Below, in pieces: positions 1-13,228 of a DNA stretch of 64,000 nucleotides (positions are counted from its first letter, which is position 1; each line of letters opens with the position of its first letter). The stretch is from Octopus sinensis (taxonomy: Eukaryota). The position numbers were made by a program, and so were the translations under genes. The stretch is from NCBI RefSeq assembly GCF_006345805.1, contig NC_043004.1, positions 100,626,001-100,690,000 on the forward strand, written 5' to 3'. Below the pieces are notes generated by a model that saw only the letters and a program-made list of their open reading frames with translations, had not been told where the DNA came from and did not search any database.

Positions 1-124
1 CGCACACACATATATATACACACATATACATGCACATTCATATAGATACATATAAGTATAGACACACACGCACACACAGACACATACACACACATACACA
101 CATATACATACACACACATATATA

Positions 125-605
125 ATATACTCCCAGATATATTCGTATTCATGTACACATATCCACATCTACATAATACAACACACACACCACACACAAC
201 GTACACGTGTATATCAGTATATACATACAGCAGGCTACGTCCATACGTGCCTATCTATACCTTTTGCACTCATATACACGTAAATCCAAACCTACATATT
301 CACGTCTTCGCGTACCGGTTCAAGTGTGTATATACACACACGCACACATACACACACATATATATATATACTCCCAGACATATTCGTATTCATGTACACA
401 CATATCCACATCTACACATACGCGCGTGCACACACAAACACACACACACACACGTACACGTGTATATCAGTATATACATACAGCAGGCTTACGTCCATAC
501 GTGCCTATCTATACCTTTTGCACTCATATACACGTAAATCCAAACCTACATATTCACGTCTTCGCGTACCGGTTCAAGTGTGTATATACACACACGCACA
601 CATGT
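125..605. repeat. Direct tandem duplication, ~241-bp unit x2, in CA/TA-rich DNA
   Basis: ctcccaga(t/c)atattcgtattcatgtac...ggttcaagtgtgtatatacacacacgcaca starts at 130 and 371; copies differ mainly by small indels. Confidence 0.9.
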
Positions 606-957
606 ACACACATACACGCTAACGCCCCCGTACACATCCATCAACCTCAATGTGCACATATCTACATCTATGTATTCTTTTTGCCTCATTAATTATTCAT
701 ACAGTAACGTTTTTATTAATGTATTTTAGCAATATGCTGTCGCATTCAAAAGTGTCGTACATGAACATATATTATGATATATATACATACTTAAACATTT
801 TTTGTCTCTTTAGTTAATCAGTCTAATATGAGTATTTTTATCTAAACTAAAGTGATTCACGGTTGCATTCTGTACTTAACATATATGAATGTATCTAAAT
901 ATATGATTGTATCATAACATATTTAAACATATATAATCAAGTTCACACATATATCAA

Positions 958-1368
958 AAGTTTCCACATACTTCACAAAACAAGGTGTTTAAGATATGGA
1001 ACAGCTATGATTGTACATCCAATTGTCTATATCGTCTTTAACAATAATGTTAATGACATCTTATGTTAGATAGAGTTATATTGGGTATTTATATCTGGAG
1101 TATATTCGTCTTTGTTCATATTGTATACGTTGTAGCATTTTTCATCCGGTTCTTACGTGGTAAGAGTTCCAAGTTTTTTTTCCATCAGGTTGTTGTCACT
1201 CGGGGACATTGAAACGGTGGGTGTTAGACGTTTTATGTGTTTAGTTTGTTTTGGTTAGGTGTAGTTTCTATCACACAAGCAAATAAAACAATTGGCAATC
1301 AATGTTCATGCAGAGACCGATCTAAATGTCCTCTGGATAACCAATGTAACAGATGCAATGTAGTAACA
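958..1368 (+). mobile_element. Degraded Penelope-like (Neptune-type) fragment: Cys-rich linker preceding GIY-YIG
   Basis: 1303-1365 translates CSCRDRSKCPLDNQCNRCNVV (CxC-x5-CPL-x3-C pattern of Neptune-type PLEs); 958-1023 gives KFPHTSQNKVFKIWNSYDCTSN resembling FP..KIFN..SYSC.N; spacing between the motifs is atypically long and contains stops. Confidence 0.4.
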
Positions 1369-1375
1369 AATAAAT

Positions 1376-2160
1376 ATTAGAGGATGCCCGTACGTGTAAA
1401 TCGGGGCATCGGCCGATATTTTCAAAAACAAATATCGAAATCACATCGACAATTTTCGAAAGATGCATAAAAGTTATGCAACATCACTGCCGTTTTTGTC
1501 TGGTAATTCAAAGAGGAGGTCAAATACAAATGGAGGTCATGGAGCTATAAAATGTGAGAGTTAACGCCCCTATTGGGGGTGGGCATCTTAATGTCTACCA
1601 GAAGAGTTGAATTGTTGAGAATCTTTTTAACTTGGGTCTGCTGTGTGTTTCATACAATTTCATGGACCAAAATTACTGAATGGATCCTTATGATATTTGA
1701 AACTTAGATTCAATGAATAAGGGCGGGTATAATGCAATATGTTTGGTTTGAATTTTAGATGGCTTAAAGGGGGCAGAACCCCCTATGAAAATTCATAAAT
1801 TTTCGATGTTGATGAAATTTCAACCATGGGTAATTGACACACATCAAGAAATATTCTCAAAGTTTCCACTTCACATGAGGATTCTAAGACACCATAATGG
1901 GGGTCTTAACTCCCAAATTTTAGTAATTTCTTTTATGATCCAAAACTAAGTCAAAAGTACTGAATGGATCTTTACGAAATTTAGAAATTATATTCTATGC
2001 ATAAGGGCCTCAACCCCCATAACAATTCATATATTTTTTCTATTGATGAAATTTTAACTATAGATATTAGATACAAATGAATATTTATAAAATTTCATTT
2101 TCTTACAAGTTAGAAAAACCCCTTCACGGGGAATTAACACCCACAATTTTGTCATTTTTA
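1376..2160 (-). mobile_element. Non-autonomous Helitron-like element with internal degenerate ~270-290-bp subrepeats
   Basis: Minus-strand 3' end: stem ATGCCC(1384-1389)/GGGCAT(1404-1409) followed by CTAA|T; 1535-1640 is homologous (inverted) to 2836-2944; tactgaatggatc subrepeats near 1675 and 1960. Confidence 0.4.
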
Positions 2161-2835
2161 TCTAAGCAAAGACGAATAGTTGTATTCTTGGAAGCTGTGG
2201 GATCATCCGAGCATAGAAGATGAGCATTATTTGTAATTCAATGGTACAACAGTGTAAGAGTTTGCTTTGACATACACATAGATTGTGATTTCTGCAATGT
2301 GCTGCATAAACTGTCGAGTAAATGAGAGGCATCTTTGCCTCCACTGATTCAGTTGCAAAGTGTTGAGTAAAGTTATTTCCTTGCAGATCTCATTTCAGTC
2401 TTTTTATTATCACTGGGTCACACATAGTCCCCACATGGTAACATTGATTTCAAGGCCTTCCCAGATGAGTAACTGGTTATCCAAAGACATTTATAGATTT
2501 TAAATTTATTCTGTCCAGTTACGTATCAGTATAGTGGTCATTTGCAAACTCCAGAGGTGACACTTTCATTTCTCCTTCGCCCTCACGTCACACAGTTGTT
2601 AATGTTTATTTCAGTTGGGTCACGCCCTTCCAATTGCTATAGATTCGTAATGCATCTTACGGCTGTGCCTGTCACCTTGATGGTGAGGAATGTTACATTG
2701 GGAGTGGTAACGACTAGGGTACTGTAGCTGACTGCTTATTGTGATCATTCGTCTTTTGGTTTCCTGTAGCTATGCTCTCTTTCACAAACCCAGTGAACAT
2801 ATATTTCCTATTTCAAAGAAATTCAAACAATAGAT

Positions 2836-3187
2836 ATAAGACCCAAGTTAAAAAGATTCTCAACAATTCAACTCCTCTGGTTGACATTAAGATGCCCACC
2901 TCCAATAGGGGCGTTAACTCTCACATTTTAGAACTCCATAACCTTCATTTTTCAGGAGCAAAATCATTTTAACAGGTTCTATAAGACTGGAATTTTGGAA
3001 TCTGCGCTTAAAAATCAGTAGTATGGGATACATGTGGCACAATGACAATTTCGTTTGGGTGTGTAAAGAGGGAAATAACCCTCATCTGCAATTTTGATGA
3101 AATTTGAACATAGGTAGAGAAAATATAACAGAAAAGTCTAATTCTTCAATTGTATGTAACACGGGCAACGCCGGGTAACTCTGATAG
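2836..3187 (+). mobile_element. Non-autonomous Helitron-like element, 3' portion
   Basis: Ends acacgggcaacgccgggtaactctgatag, the same hairpin plus a degenerate CTAG terminus as 10706-10733. Confidence 0.55.
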
Positions 3188-3399
3188 CAGAGAAAAAATG
3201 AGAATACTTTGAGTGCAGAAGTTTAGAAAACTACTGAGTGAAATACTTGGAAATAAAATTTCTTACCAAGAATATGTAAATATAAGAAAATAGCTGAAAT
3301 AAAACGATGCATTGAAAATAATCCTAGTGAAATGTATTAAAGTAAAATCACGTATCCATTCCTGATACATGATTTTAGCGAAAGTGTTTATAAAATAAT

Positions 3400-3467
<68 letters not shown>

Positions 3468-3477
3468 TGCGTTGTGT

Positions 3478-3522
<45 letters not shown>

Positions 3523-3668
3523 GATAAATAATATATCAGTGTGTGCATACATTTGTATATCCCCACACATATATATTTATATATGTATATATATCCGTAC
3601 ATATATATATACACGTATGTATATATATATGAAATCGTCACCTTCATCAGAATAAGAGTAGCCGTGAG

Positions 3669-3832
3669 GATAAAATGACATAACGGTTCGCCAAACGAGA
3701 TCGATAAAATGACTTAGCGGTTTACCGATCTTGTTTACCGAACCGCTAGGTCATTTTATCGATCTCGTTTGGCGAAGCGCTATGTCATTTTATCGATCAC
3801 GTTTGGCGAACCGCTAAGTAATTTTATCGATA
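3669..3832. repeat. Palindromic array of 34-bp units (about 1.6 forward and 2.8 reverse)
   Basis: Unit gaaccgctaggtcattttatcgatctcgtttggc; its reverse complement gccaaacgagatcgataaaatgacttagcggtt lies left of a 16-nt centre at about 3724-3739. Confidence 0.9.
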
Positions 3833-3840
3833 TATACCTA

Positions 3841-3973
3841 TCTATATATATATAACTGAGAATGTGTCTGTCTGTATGAATCCCTAAAACTTGAGAACTA
3901 CACAACCAGTTTCATTCAAATTTTACACATGCCTTACTTATGGTCCATGGAGTGTCATGGGCAAAAACAATTT
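3841..3973 (+). mobile_element. Helitron-like 5' fragment
   Basis: A|TCTATATATATATAACTGAGAATGTGTCTGTCTG start; near-identical reverse-complement copy at 53490-53733. Confidence 0.6.
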
Positions 3974-4170
3974 GGGGTAGTAAAGAAATAAGAATCGGTA
4001 GCGATATTTCGTCTGTCTTTGCGTTCTGAGTTCAAATTCCTCCGAGGTTGACTTTGCGTGTCGTCCTTTCAGGGTCGATAAATTAATACCAGTTGTGTAC
4101 TGAAGTTGAACTAATCAACTGGCTCCCCTCCCCCAAAATTTCGGGCCTTGTGTCTAGTGTAGAAAAGAAT
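3974..4170 (+). mobile_element. SINE family B body preceded by a B-prime tail fragment
   Basis: ttctgagttcaaattcctccgaggttgactttgcgtgtcgtcctttcagggtcgataaattaataccag; shared with about 10 other copies in the window. Confidence 0.8.
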
Positions 4171-4261
4171 GATCATTCTAGCATACACGGGATAAAGGCA
4201 AAAGTTTTATATACAATTTCTTATAGATATTTCTGCCTAAAATATAAAATATTCTTTTATT

Positions 4262-4529
4262 TGTTTCTCTCGTTTGACTGCAGGCATGCTGGAGCATCAC
4301 CTTAACAAGTTTTAGTCGAAGAAATCGATCCCATGACTTATTCCTTGTAAGCCTAGTACTTATTCTATCGGTCTCTTTCGCCGAACCACTAAGTTACGTG
4401 GACGTAACTACACCAACATCGGTTGTCAACCGATGATTGGTTCGGGGTGACAAGCAGAGATACAAACACACAAATATGTGCATACACATACATGCACACA
4501 CACTAACACAAAACACATACACACACTCT

Positions 4530-4575
<46 letters not shown>

Positions 4576-4710
4576 CGACGGGCTTCTTTCAGTTTCCTCA
4601 TACCAAATCCACTCACAAGGATTTGGTTGGCCCTAGGCTTGCAGTGGGGCTGAACCCGGAACCATGTGGTTGGGAAGCAAGCTTCTTAGCACACAGCCAT
4701 GCCTGTGCCT
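4262..4710 (-). mobile_element. SINE family A (tRNA-like head, CORE-like segment, internal TA/TG microsatellite), diverged
   Basis: Colinear with the full copy at 53057-53471 in reverse orientation. Confidence 0.85.
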
Positions 4711-5708
4711 TAATATATATGTGATATATATTAATAATACTGTTTTCTTCTTATTATTGTCAGTTTATTTTATTTTTGCCAGCAGATGTGAACACCTAAC
4801 AAGCTTTAGTAATCCTAGACGAATTCTTCGAGAGAAACACAACCCATATTGCTAGACTCCAAATTTTAATAGAATAGGTGGAATGCATATGTTTCTTGCC
4901 ATCTAGGAACATCGATATGTTCCACGTCTTATATTGCCAAATTCCAAATTTTAAAAGAATAAGTGGATTACAAAGATTTCTTACAATCTAAGAACATTGA
5001 TACGTTCCACATCTTGTACAATTGAACACTTTGCTAAATTCTGGCATGCGTATTCTATTTTACACACGAAATATTTCGTATCAGTACTGTTATACGCACA
5101 AAGGCACATACTTATATATGTATGTACGTATACGTATGTATGTTTACATGTATGTAGAAATGAACGAATAGATAAATGTATGAATACATATATAGATACG
5201 TGCATACACACACTGATATACATACATGTATTCTAGGAAGAACATGCAGCGACGCATGCACATATAAAGGCGTTTTTATACTCTTACAAAAAAGTAAAAC
5301 GTTACGAGAAAGGAAAAAAAAACTGGTTTTCTTTTTAAATTGTTCATGCATCGTACTTCTTAGTACCTTCCAGAAACACGGCTCTCACGTCTCAAAAGAC
5401 ATTTTCAAAACTCAAGTCGTTTTTTAGGCTATAAGCAAAATTAAAGACAAAGAAGAAAAAAAATCAACAACCATACACAACAAACATTACAACCAAAATT
5501 AGCAACAATAAAAATAACAATATCAGTAACAATAACAATGAAGCAAAAAAAAATTAAAAGAAAGAAAGAAAGAAGAAACGAAAAACGAAGACAAATCATT
5601 CTAAGAAAATAATTTTGAAAACCAAACCACAGAAGACAAATTAACAAAGGCAAATAGGAGAGATGGGAAAAAAAAGTTACTGAAATTTTAGACAAACACA
5701 GAAAAAGA

Positions 5709-5719
5709 TAACAATAATA

Positions 5720-5771
<52 letters not shown>

Positions 5772-5782
5772 TATAATAATAA
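5709..5782. repeat. (AAT)n microsatellite
   Basis: Direct inspection. Confidence 0.95.
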
Positions 5783-6194
5783 CAGCGACAACACCCAACC
5801 CCATCTGCAGCGAACAGTTAATGGATTTTCCGTTTAACTGCCGTTCTTTATCTAGTCGTTTTTGCTGCCGCTGTGGTTATTGTTGCAGTCGTTGTTATTG
5901 TGTTTTTTGTTGGGTTGTTTTTTTCGTTTAGATTATTTGCTGTGTTAATTAAAATGACATCTTGTGTATTCAATGCAGGTATTATATATATTTTTTTATT
6001 TCAATTTAATATTTTTGTTTCTTGCTCATTATTTATTAGTCTTATCATATACAATATTACCAATCATTATATTTATGATATTATTACATCATATTTTTAC
6101 TATGTATTAATTTTATTCTGTTTAGTTCTCCATTTTATTCAAATGATTCATTTTTTTACTTAATTTTGATGATGAAATCAAATATTTGCTTTAT

Positions 6195-6353
6195 GCCCCC
6201 GAAACTTAGCGGTTCGGCAGAAGAGGCCGACAAAATAAGTACCAGGCTTGCAAAGAATAAGTCCTGGGGTCAATTTCTTAGATTAAAGGCCGCAGTCAAA
6301 TGAGTGAAGCATGTAAAAGAGTAAAGAGTAAAAGAGTAAAGAGTAAAAGAGTA
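6195..6353 (+). mobile_element. SINE family A 3' half with (AAGAGTA)n tail
   Basis: cttagcggttcggcagaagaggccgac...gtaaaagagtaaagagtaaaagagta. Confidence 0.85.
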
Positions 6354-6479
6354 TATATCTGCTAATTCGGAAGCCTATTATGGACCCCCAGCATCTACCT
6401 CAGCTGTGAACTTGGAACCTGACGGATGACCAGTTATAGCACTTACACAGCGTACCTATTCGTTAGATGCCCATGGAAT

Positions 6480-6790
6480 CCAATACAACTGTTTGCATGG
6501 TCGGATTGTCGGCGACTAAACCGACACCCCCCACCAGGCTACCCTGGTGAGAAGGGTTGCTAGAAATCCAGCAGTATTAAAAATAAGACCCGCTGAAAGG
6601 TCTTGAATCTAGTGTAGGTTCAACGGCTATCTAGCAATAGCACAGGTACGCAGAAATTCCGAGATGGTGTCCGGCGTGCTGGAAGACCAACTGGAAGGGA
6701 GGCACCCCTCAGCTTCTGTTGAATCATGTCTCTAGGAGACGGTCACTCGGATATAAAACCAGATATGCAGGGAATGGCATTGGACATTTT
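6480..6790 (+). mobile_element. Probable LINE (RTE-like) 5'UTR remnant
   Basis: GC-richer segment ending tctaggagacggtcactcggatataaaacc, a motif I associate with RTE 5'UTRs; no ORF support. Confidence 0.3.
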
Positions 6791-7070
6791 GGGGATCTTT
6801 GGTTTGTGGTAGAGATCATCGCGCTCCCACATCCCTGAGTCTGTGACTTATATTGGCCCCAGACATCTTGCTCTGGCATGTCTCTGGATAATGTCAATAG
6901 AATGGAGAGGGTCTATGAAGTATCGTACAAGCCTTATTGGTTCTAAAACTATGCACGGGCATTGCTGACCTCTGCTCGATATGTGCTTTTTTTTCCTACT
7001 TATATCCTAAAATGCACAATGTTCCTGAAGGTCAGCAATGGTCTTCCTCGGTCACGAGTGGACGGCCATC

Positions 7071-7103
<33 letters not shown>

Positions 7104-7156
7104 TACATACATACATACACACATACACATATATACATATATATATCTATACATAC

Positions 7157-7214
<58 letters not shown>

Positions 7215-7842
7215 TTATAATAAATGATAAAATTGTTTTAAAATTTTTATCAGTGGCCAGCATATTAAAAAATACCTTTTAAGGTGAAATTATAAGCACA
7301 AATATAAGTATGGTCCCAAAATATTTCTTTGCCTATATGCTGAAAATCCATTGCATGTATGTGTGTGTGTGTATGTATGTATGTATGTATGTATGTATGT
7401 TTGTATGCATGCATGTATGTATGTATGTATGCATGTATGTATGTGCGTATCTGTAGTATATTCTGTTCTCTGCAGTCTGTTTATATGCGTACGTAATGTT
7501 CATTATTATTATTATTGCGTTATATTTCCTCTGGGGCATTTTTTAACATAACTTGCCAGATCATTTTATTACTCGCTAATTGTTCTATTCCCAACATGTG
7601 TATTTTGATGCAGGCTTCTACGCGTATACGTATGTGTATGATACCCGGTTTGCTTGTGTCTGTGAGCATATATATATATATATATATATACACACGCACA
7701 AACATACACACACAGACAATTGTAGGAAAATATTTTGTTTCAGAAGAACTATGTATTAGCGAAAGCGGAGCTTCTGTGCCGAAACATTAAATTTGTGCAA
7801 TAAAACTTTCTAACTCTGTATGCGCTTCTGTGAGTGTGCATG

Positions 7843-7896
<54 letters not shown>

Positions 7897-7989
7897 TGAA
7901 AGCGTGAGTACGTGAACGTTTGCTGATTCCGGATGCATATGACAGCTATTTGAAAAAAAAACAGCACCAACAGGAACAACTACGGCAAT

Positions 7990-8026
7990 GATATTATTAT
8001 TATTGTTATTATTATTATTATTATCA

Positions 8027-8057
<31 letters not shown>

Positions 8058-8312
8058 CGTTGTTGTTGTTGTTGTTGTTGTTATTGTTGTTGTTGTTATC
8101 ATAATTATCATTATTATTATTATTATTAGTATTGTTATCATTATTATTATCATTATCATTATTTTTATTATTATTATTGTTTTTATTATTTATTCTATTA
8201 TTATTATTATCATGATAATATTATTATTATATATCATGATTATTATTATTATTATCATTATCATGATTATTATTATTTTTATTATTTTTATTATAAATTA
8301 TTATTATTATTA

Positions 8313-8351
<39 letters not shown>

Positions 8352-8421
8352 TATTATTATTATCCTTATCATTATTATTAACATTATTATTATTATCATC
8401 ATCATTATTATTATTATTATT
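7990..8421. repeat. Degenerate (ATT)n/(GTT)n trinucleotide array
   Basis: Direct inspection. Confidence 0.95.
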
Positions 8422-9005
8422 ACACATGTCAGCCACAACGTGTAGAACTGTTTCCATTTCGCCCCTGTCTCTTGCTCCACAAAGCCACGATTATAACACA
8501 GAAGCATCTTTTATGAAACGACAAGTCTCTGGAGGTCAGAGAAAAAGATTGTTTACAATAATTTGGGTTAAAACATCAGGGATAGATTTCCAACTTTAGA
8601 ATGTTTCCAAACAAGGAGAGCTTCCTTTCAGCCCCTTGGGTCCGATTGCGAAATAAACAACAGAATTAAAATCCACCCCGTGTAATGAACAATTAGACAA
8701 GGGGAATAAGTTGCTGGTATGCTAATGCTTTTGACTGGTTTCCACGTCTCTATCTTTCTGTATATCTTTTTTACTGTGGTTTTCTGTGCTTACCTATTTA
8801 ATTTCTGTCTAAATAACTAGGTATGTAGTTAGTTATTTACATATATGCCTTTCTATGTATTTGGCTATCAATCTGTCTATGTGTCTATCTCATTTTCTCT
8901 CTCTGTACATACAAACACACGCACACACACACACATACACACGCACACACACACATACACACACGCACACAAACACACGCACGCATACACATACACACAC
9001 ACGCG

Positions 9006-9052
<47 letters not shown>

Positions 9053-9109
9053 TGTATATACGTATATGTATATGTGTATATGTATATGTTATTATAGATA
9101 TCTATGTAA

Positions 9110-9177
<68 letters not shown>

Positions 9178-9204
9178 CACAATATATATATATATGTATA
9201 TATG

Positions 9205-9257
<53 letters not shown>

Positions 9258-9703
9258 CATATATGTATACATACTTAGAACTAAAGTTTGTATGCAAGTA
9301 TAGAAGGTATATATACAAATGTATGTATATATGTATGAATACATACATCTATATATACATACACACACACATATATATATATTTATACATATATACATAT
9401 GCATATATTTTAATATCATTAGACACGAACATACACATGTGTGTACTTACATATATATGGAAATATATGTGCTGACATATGTGTATATGTGAAAGACAGG
9501 CATTTCGTATCTATATTAGCACGAACGGACCAGTCTAAAATGAGAAGACCTAAATTGATATGTTGAGCATTTTGTCACCTGAACGAAAACACGTGGGTGA
9601 GGAACGCGGAATAGAGATAGCTTGAAGCTTCTTATGAATAAATACATTTTAATGCATGTATTTTGTACTTTCTTCCTCGTCTTCACGCCTAAAGTTTGTA
9701 CAT

Positions 9704-9965
<262 letters not shown>

Positions 9966-10335
9966 TATTGTACAAAATGCAGATGCTTCTAATCGTCCTG
10001 TGTATTGAATTCAATTTACTTTACACACGCAACTCGGTTGAAAACTGATTTACTCTAAAGTACATTATGGTGTTAAAATTCACATTGGTTTATGCAACAG
10101 TAATACATCGCGTACATATACATGCGCATGCGCTTCCACACACGTATGTAGTCTCTGTGTTTGTACGTGCGCGTGTGTGTATGTATGTTTGTGTGTGCGT
10201 TCGTGTACGTGAATGTTTCCCTGTCTGTATTTTCCGAATTGCACAACAATGGATAAAGAAAGAGACGGTATCTAGTCGAGAACAAAATTCTTCTGAATTA
10301 AACATCAACAGCCTAAACGAATATGCATGCGTCTA

Positions 10336-10733
10336 TCTTTATATATAAAAGTCAAGTTGTGTGTCTGTCTCCTACGATTTAGATTCCTAACTACTCCCAC
10401 ATTTTGCAGTGCAGTTTAACCAAAACCGGGTATCTTATAGTCGTGATTCATATCGAGCCCTTCTGGGTATTGGCGCGCGTCTACGATGAGTCTACGATTT
10501 AAAAAAAAAATTACCATCATTTTTTTCCATTTTAAAGCATTTTTTCGCTATTATATAAGGGAAGTAACTCTCTAAAAATGTCTACGATGAGTCAACGATT
10601 TAAAAAAAAATTTACCATCTCTTTTTTTCCATTTTTAATGCATTTTTTTGCTATTTTTGGGCTATAACTCTCTAAAGATGCTTATATAGTTATTTCCCTT
10701 ACAAACCCGAGCAACGCCGGCCGATACTGCTAG
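10336..10733 (+). mobile_element. Complete non-autonomous Helitron (~400 bp)
   Basis: 5' A|TC (tctttatatataaaag); 3' hairpin ccgagcaacgccgg then CTAG|T at 10730-10734; no TSD; internal duplication ctacgatgagtc..acgatttaaaaaaaaa.ttaccatc. Confidence 0.8.
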
Positions 10734-11039
10734 TTGTATATATTTATGTGTGAATGAAATATTGCTTTCAAGTTTTTAGCACGAGACCGGCAATTTCTGA
10801 GGAGGGGTAAGTCGATCAGATTGACCCAAATGTTCAAATGGTCCTTATTTGATTGACCCTGATAATAGGCAACAAGAAGAGTAGGAACCATGAAGTTGCA
10901 GATAACATCGTTATCTTTGAATTTACATTCACATTCAATTGTTATTCTTCATTAAGTAAGCTATTTCTTTTGCCCAGTACCTCAGTTAAGTGATTTCTAC
11001 CATAGTCCCGAGCTACCGAATGTCGTGTCAATGAATTTA

Positions 11040-11493
11040 ACAAGCGGAAGCCGTGAAAGTGCCCGACGTGTATACATATGGTGAAACGTAATCCATGCCG
11101 ATGGCACGTAATCCGTACCGGTGGCACGTAAAAAGCACCATTCGAGCGTGATTGTTACCAGCGTAGCTTTACTGGCATTTGTGCCGGTGGCACGTGAAAA
11201 AGCATTCGAGCGAGGTCGTTGCCAGTGCCGCTGGACTGGCTCCTGTGCAGGTGGCACGTAAAAAACACCATTTGAGTGTGGCCGTTACCAGTACCGCCTG
11301 ACTGGCCCTCGTGCCGGTGGCACATAAAAGCACTCACTACACTCTCGGAGTGGTTGGCGTTAGCAAGAGCATCCAGCTGTAGAAACTCTGCCAGATCAGA
11401 TTGGAGCCTGGTGCAGCCATCTGGTTCGCCAGTCCTCAGTCAAGTCGTCCAACCCATGCTAGCATGGAAAGCGGACATTAAACGATGATGATG
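11040..11493 (+). mobile_element. Retroposon with internal 64-66-bp tandem units and a (GAT)n-ending LINE-like tail
   Basis: GGTGGCAC(G/A)T core at 11125, 11191, 11255 and 11321; tail ccaacccatgctagcatggaaagcggacattaaacgatgatgatg; a related tail occurs reversed at 24078-24200. Confidence 0.75.
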
Positions 11494-12799
11494 GATATAT
11501 ATATATATATATATATATATAACAATAAGGGTTTACCAACAAGTAGCTTGACCACGTACCGAAAATTTTAGAGATAGCAGCCAAGAGACTACTAATTCAT
11601 TATCTACAAAAATATCTCCACAGACAACAATATTTGTAACTCACACAAGGCAAAAAAAAAAAAAAAGAAATAATGAAATCAAACAGTCTTCGATTAATTA
11701 TGGACGCGTTTCTGGATTAGAATCACAAGACTCATTTCCTTTCTCAACATAATATTTCGATAATCATAAATCTGAAAATGCTAGGAGAACTTACCCTTAT
11801 ATTTCTGACCAAGCGTCATCGGAACATATAAAAGCTAATCAGCATATCCACATATATATAGACGAGTGAGATTCATATCTCCCTCCAATCTTGATAAATC
11901 CAGACTTGATTTTATTAAATTAATAATTTTTCACCCTATATATGTAATTATATATATATATATTATATATATGTGTGTGTGTGTGTATGCATGTATGTAT
12001 GTATATTGTTGTGTCTAGGGAGAGTCATTCTGTTTTAATGCCTTATTAAATAACACACGCACTGGTTCAATTTCTACTCATTTTTCCCCTAAAATTTCAG
12101 TTGCTTCTTGCAAACTTTCCAACAGTCGTTGACTCTGTCCGTTATCGGAGTTGCTTTGTTTGTTTATCGATTCATTATTTATGGACTTGCTTCCCAACAA
12201 TGTCATCTTGGTTTCAATCCCATTGCGTGGCACCTTGGACCACTATCTTCTACTATAGACGGGAGCCGTGGTAGACGAAAACTCAAAGAAACTCATCATG
12301 AGGGAGAGAGTGGGAAAGAGATTTATGATTTTGTGTTTGTGTTTATTTCCAACCATCCATAGACAACCGATGTTGGTTTGTTTACATCTTGTGTCTAGAC
12401 AAGGTGTTGCCCCTGCATGGCTGTAGTGTCATGCTTGAAAGAAGTAAAAGTTTTGACATATATTTATTCATTAATGTTTTGGTGTAATTTAGACTCCTGG
12501 GGTATTACAGTGACGAAGACATCTAAGTGTAAAGAAAACAACGGAAACGACATCTCCACTACCACTACCAGCAATAGGTTTGAAAGAGAGACGGAATGGT
12601 CACGACTGGAAGGTCTTTGGTCATAGATCTGTTTGATTAAAATTCACACCGAGCTTAACAAAAATCCATTTGAAATCGATAAATGAATCAATAAAGTGGC
12701 CAGATCTCCAAGTGTAAAGATCGGAATCGGATTACGCCAACTAAAGATTACTTTATTAAAAGATGTTGCACTAACATCTAATTATTTCAGGAACAAATC

Positions 12800-12997
12800 C
12801 GGAAATTTTGCGATGGGTGGCGAGTCAATTACATTGGGCCCGGTGCTCAACTGACTGATAATCCTTTTATTTGCCCCAGAAAGAATAATGCTCAAAATCG
12901 ACCTCGGTGGAATTTGAGCTCAGAAAGTACAGCCGGAAGAACCACAGCTAAGCATTTTCCTTGGTGTGCTAACGATTCTTCCTTCTCGCCGCCTTTT
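12800..12997 (-). mobile_element. SINE family B, diverged
   Basis: aatcgacctcggtggaatttgagctcagaa...tgctaacgattcttccttctcgccgcctt. Confidence 0.8.
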
Positions 12998-13004
12998 AAT
13001 ATGT

Positions 13005-13228
13005 AATTACTGGTATCAAGTTTTGACACAAGGCCAGAAAGTTCCAGGTGGTGAGGTTAAGTTGATTTCATCGACCCCAATGCTCTACTGGCATTTATTT
13101 TATCGACCCTGGAAGGATGGAGGGCAAAGTCGACCTCAGCAGAACTCGAACTCAGACTGTAAAGACAGCCAAAATGCCGCAAAGCATTTTATCCGGCGTG
13201 GTAACCATTTTGCCAGCTCGCTGCCATT
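13005..13228 (-). mobile_element. SINE family B
   Basis: ttttatcgaccctggaaggatggagggcaaagtcgacctcagcagaactcgaactcaga...ttttgccagctcgctgcc. Confidence 0.8.

Noticed and set aside
2160-2780. Helitron Rep/helicase remnant between the inverted arms
   Set aside because: Manual translation of part of the segment gave no convincing helicase motif
3669-3832. 34-bp repeats as a CRISPR array
   Set aside because: The units are contiguous without unique spacers, flip orientation, have no cas genes nearby and sit in a eukaryotic context
11118-11330. ~65-bp periodic GGTGGCACGTAAAA repeats as CRISPR repeat-spacer units
   Set aside because: The intervening parts are homologous to each other (cattcgagcg..gttaccag..actggc), so this is a tandem repeat inside a retroposon
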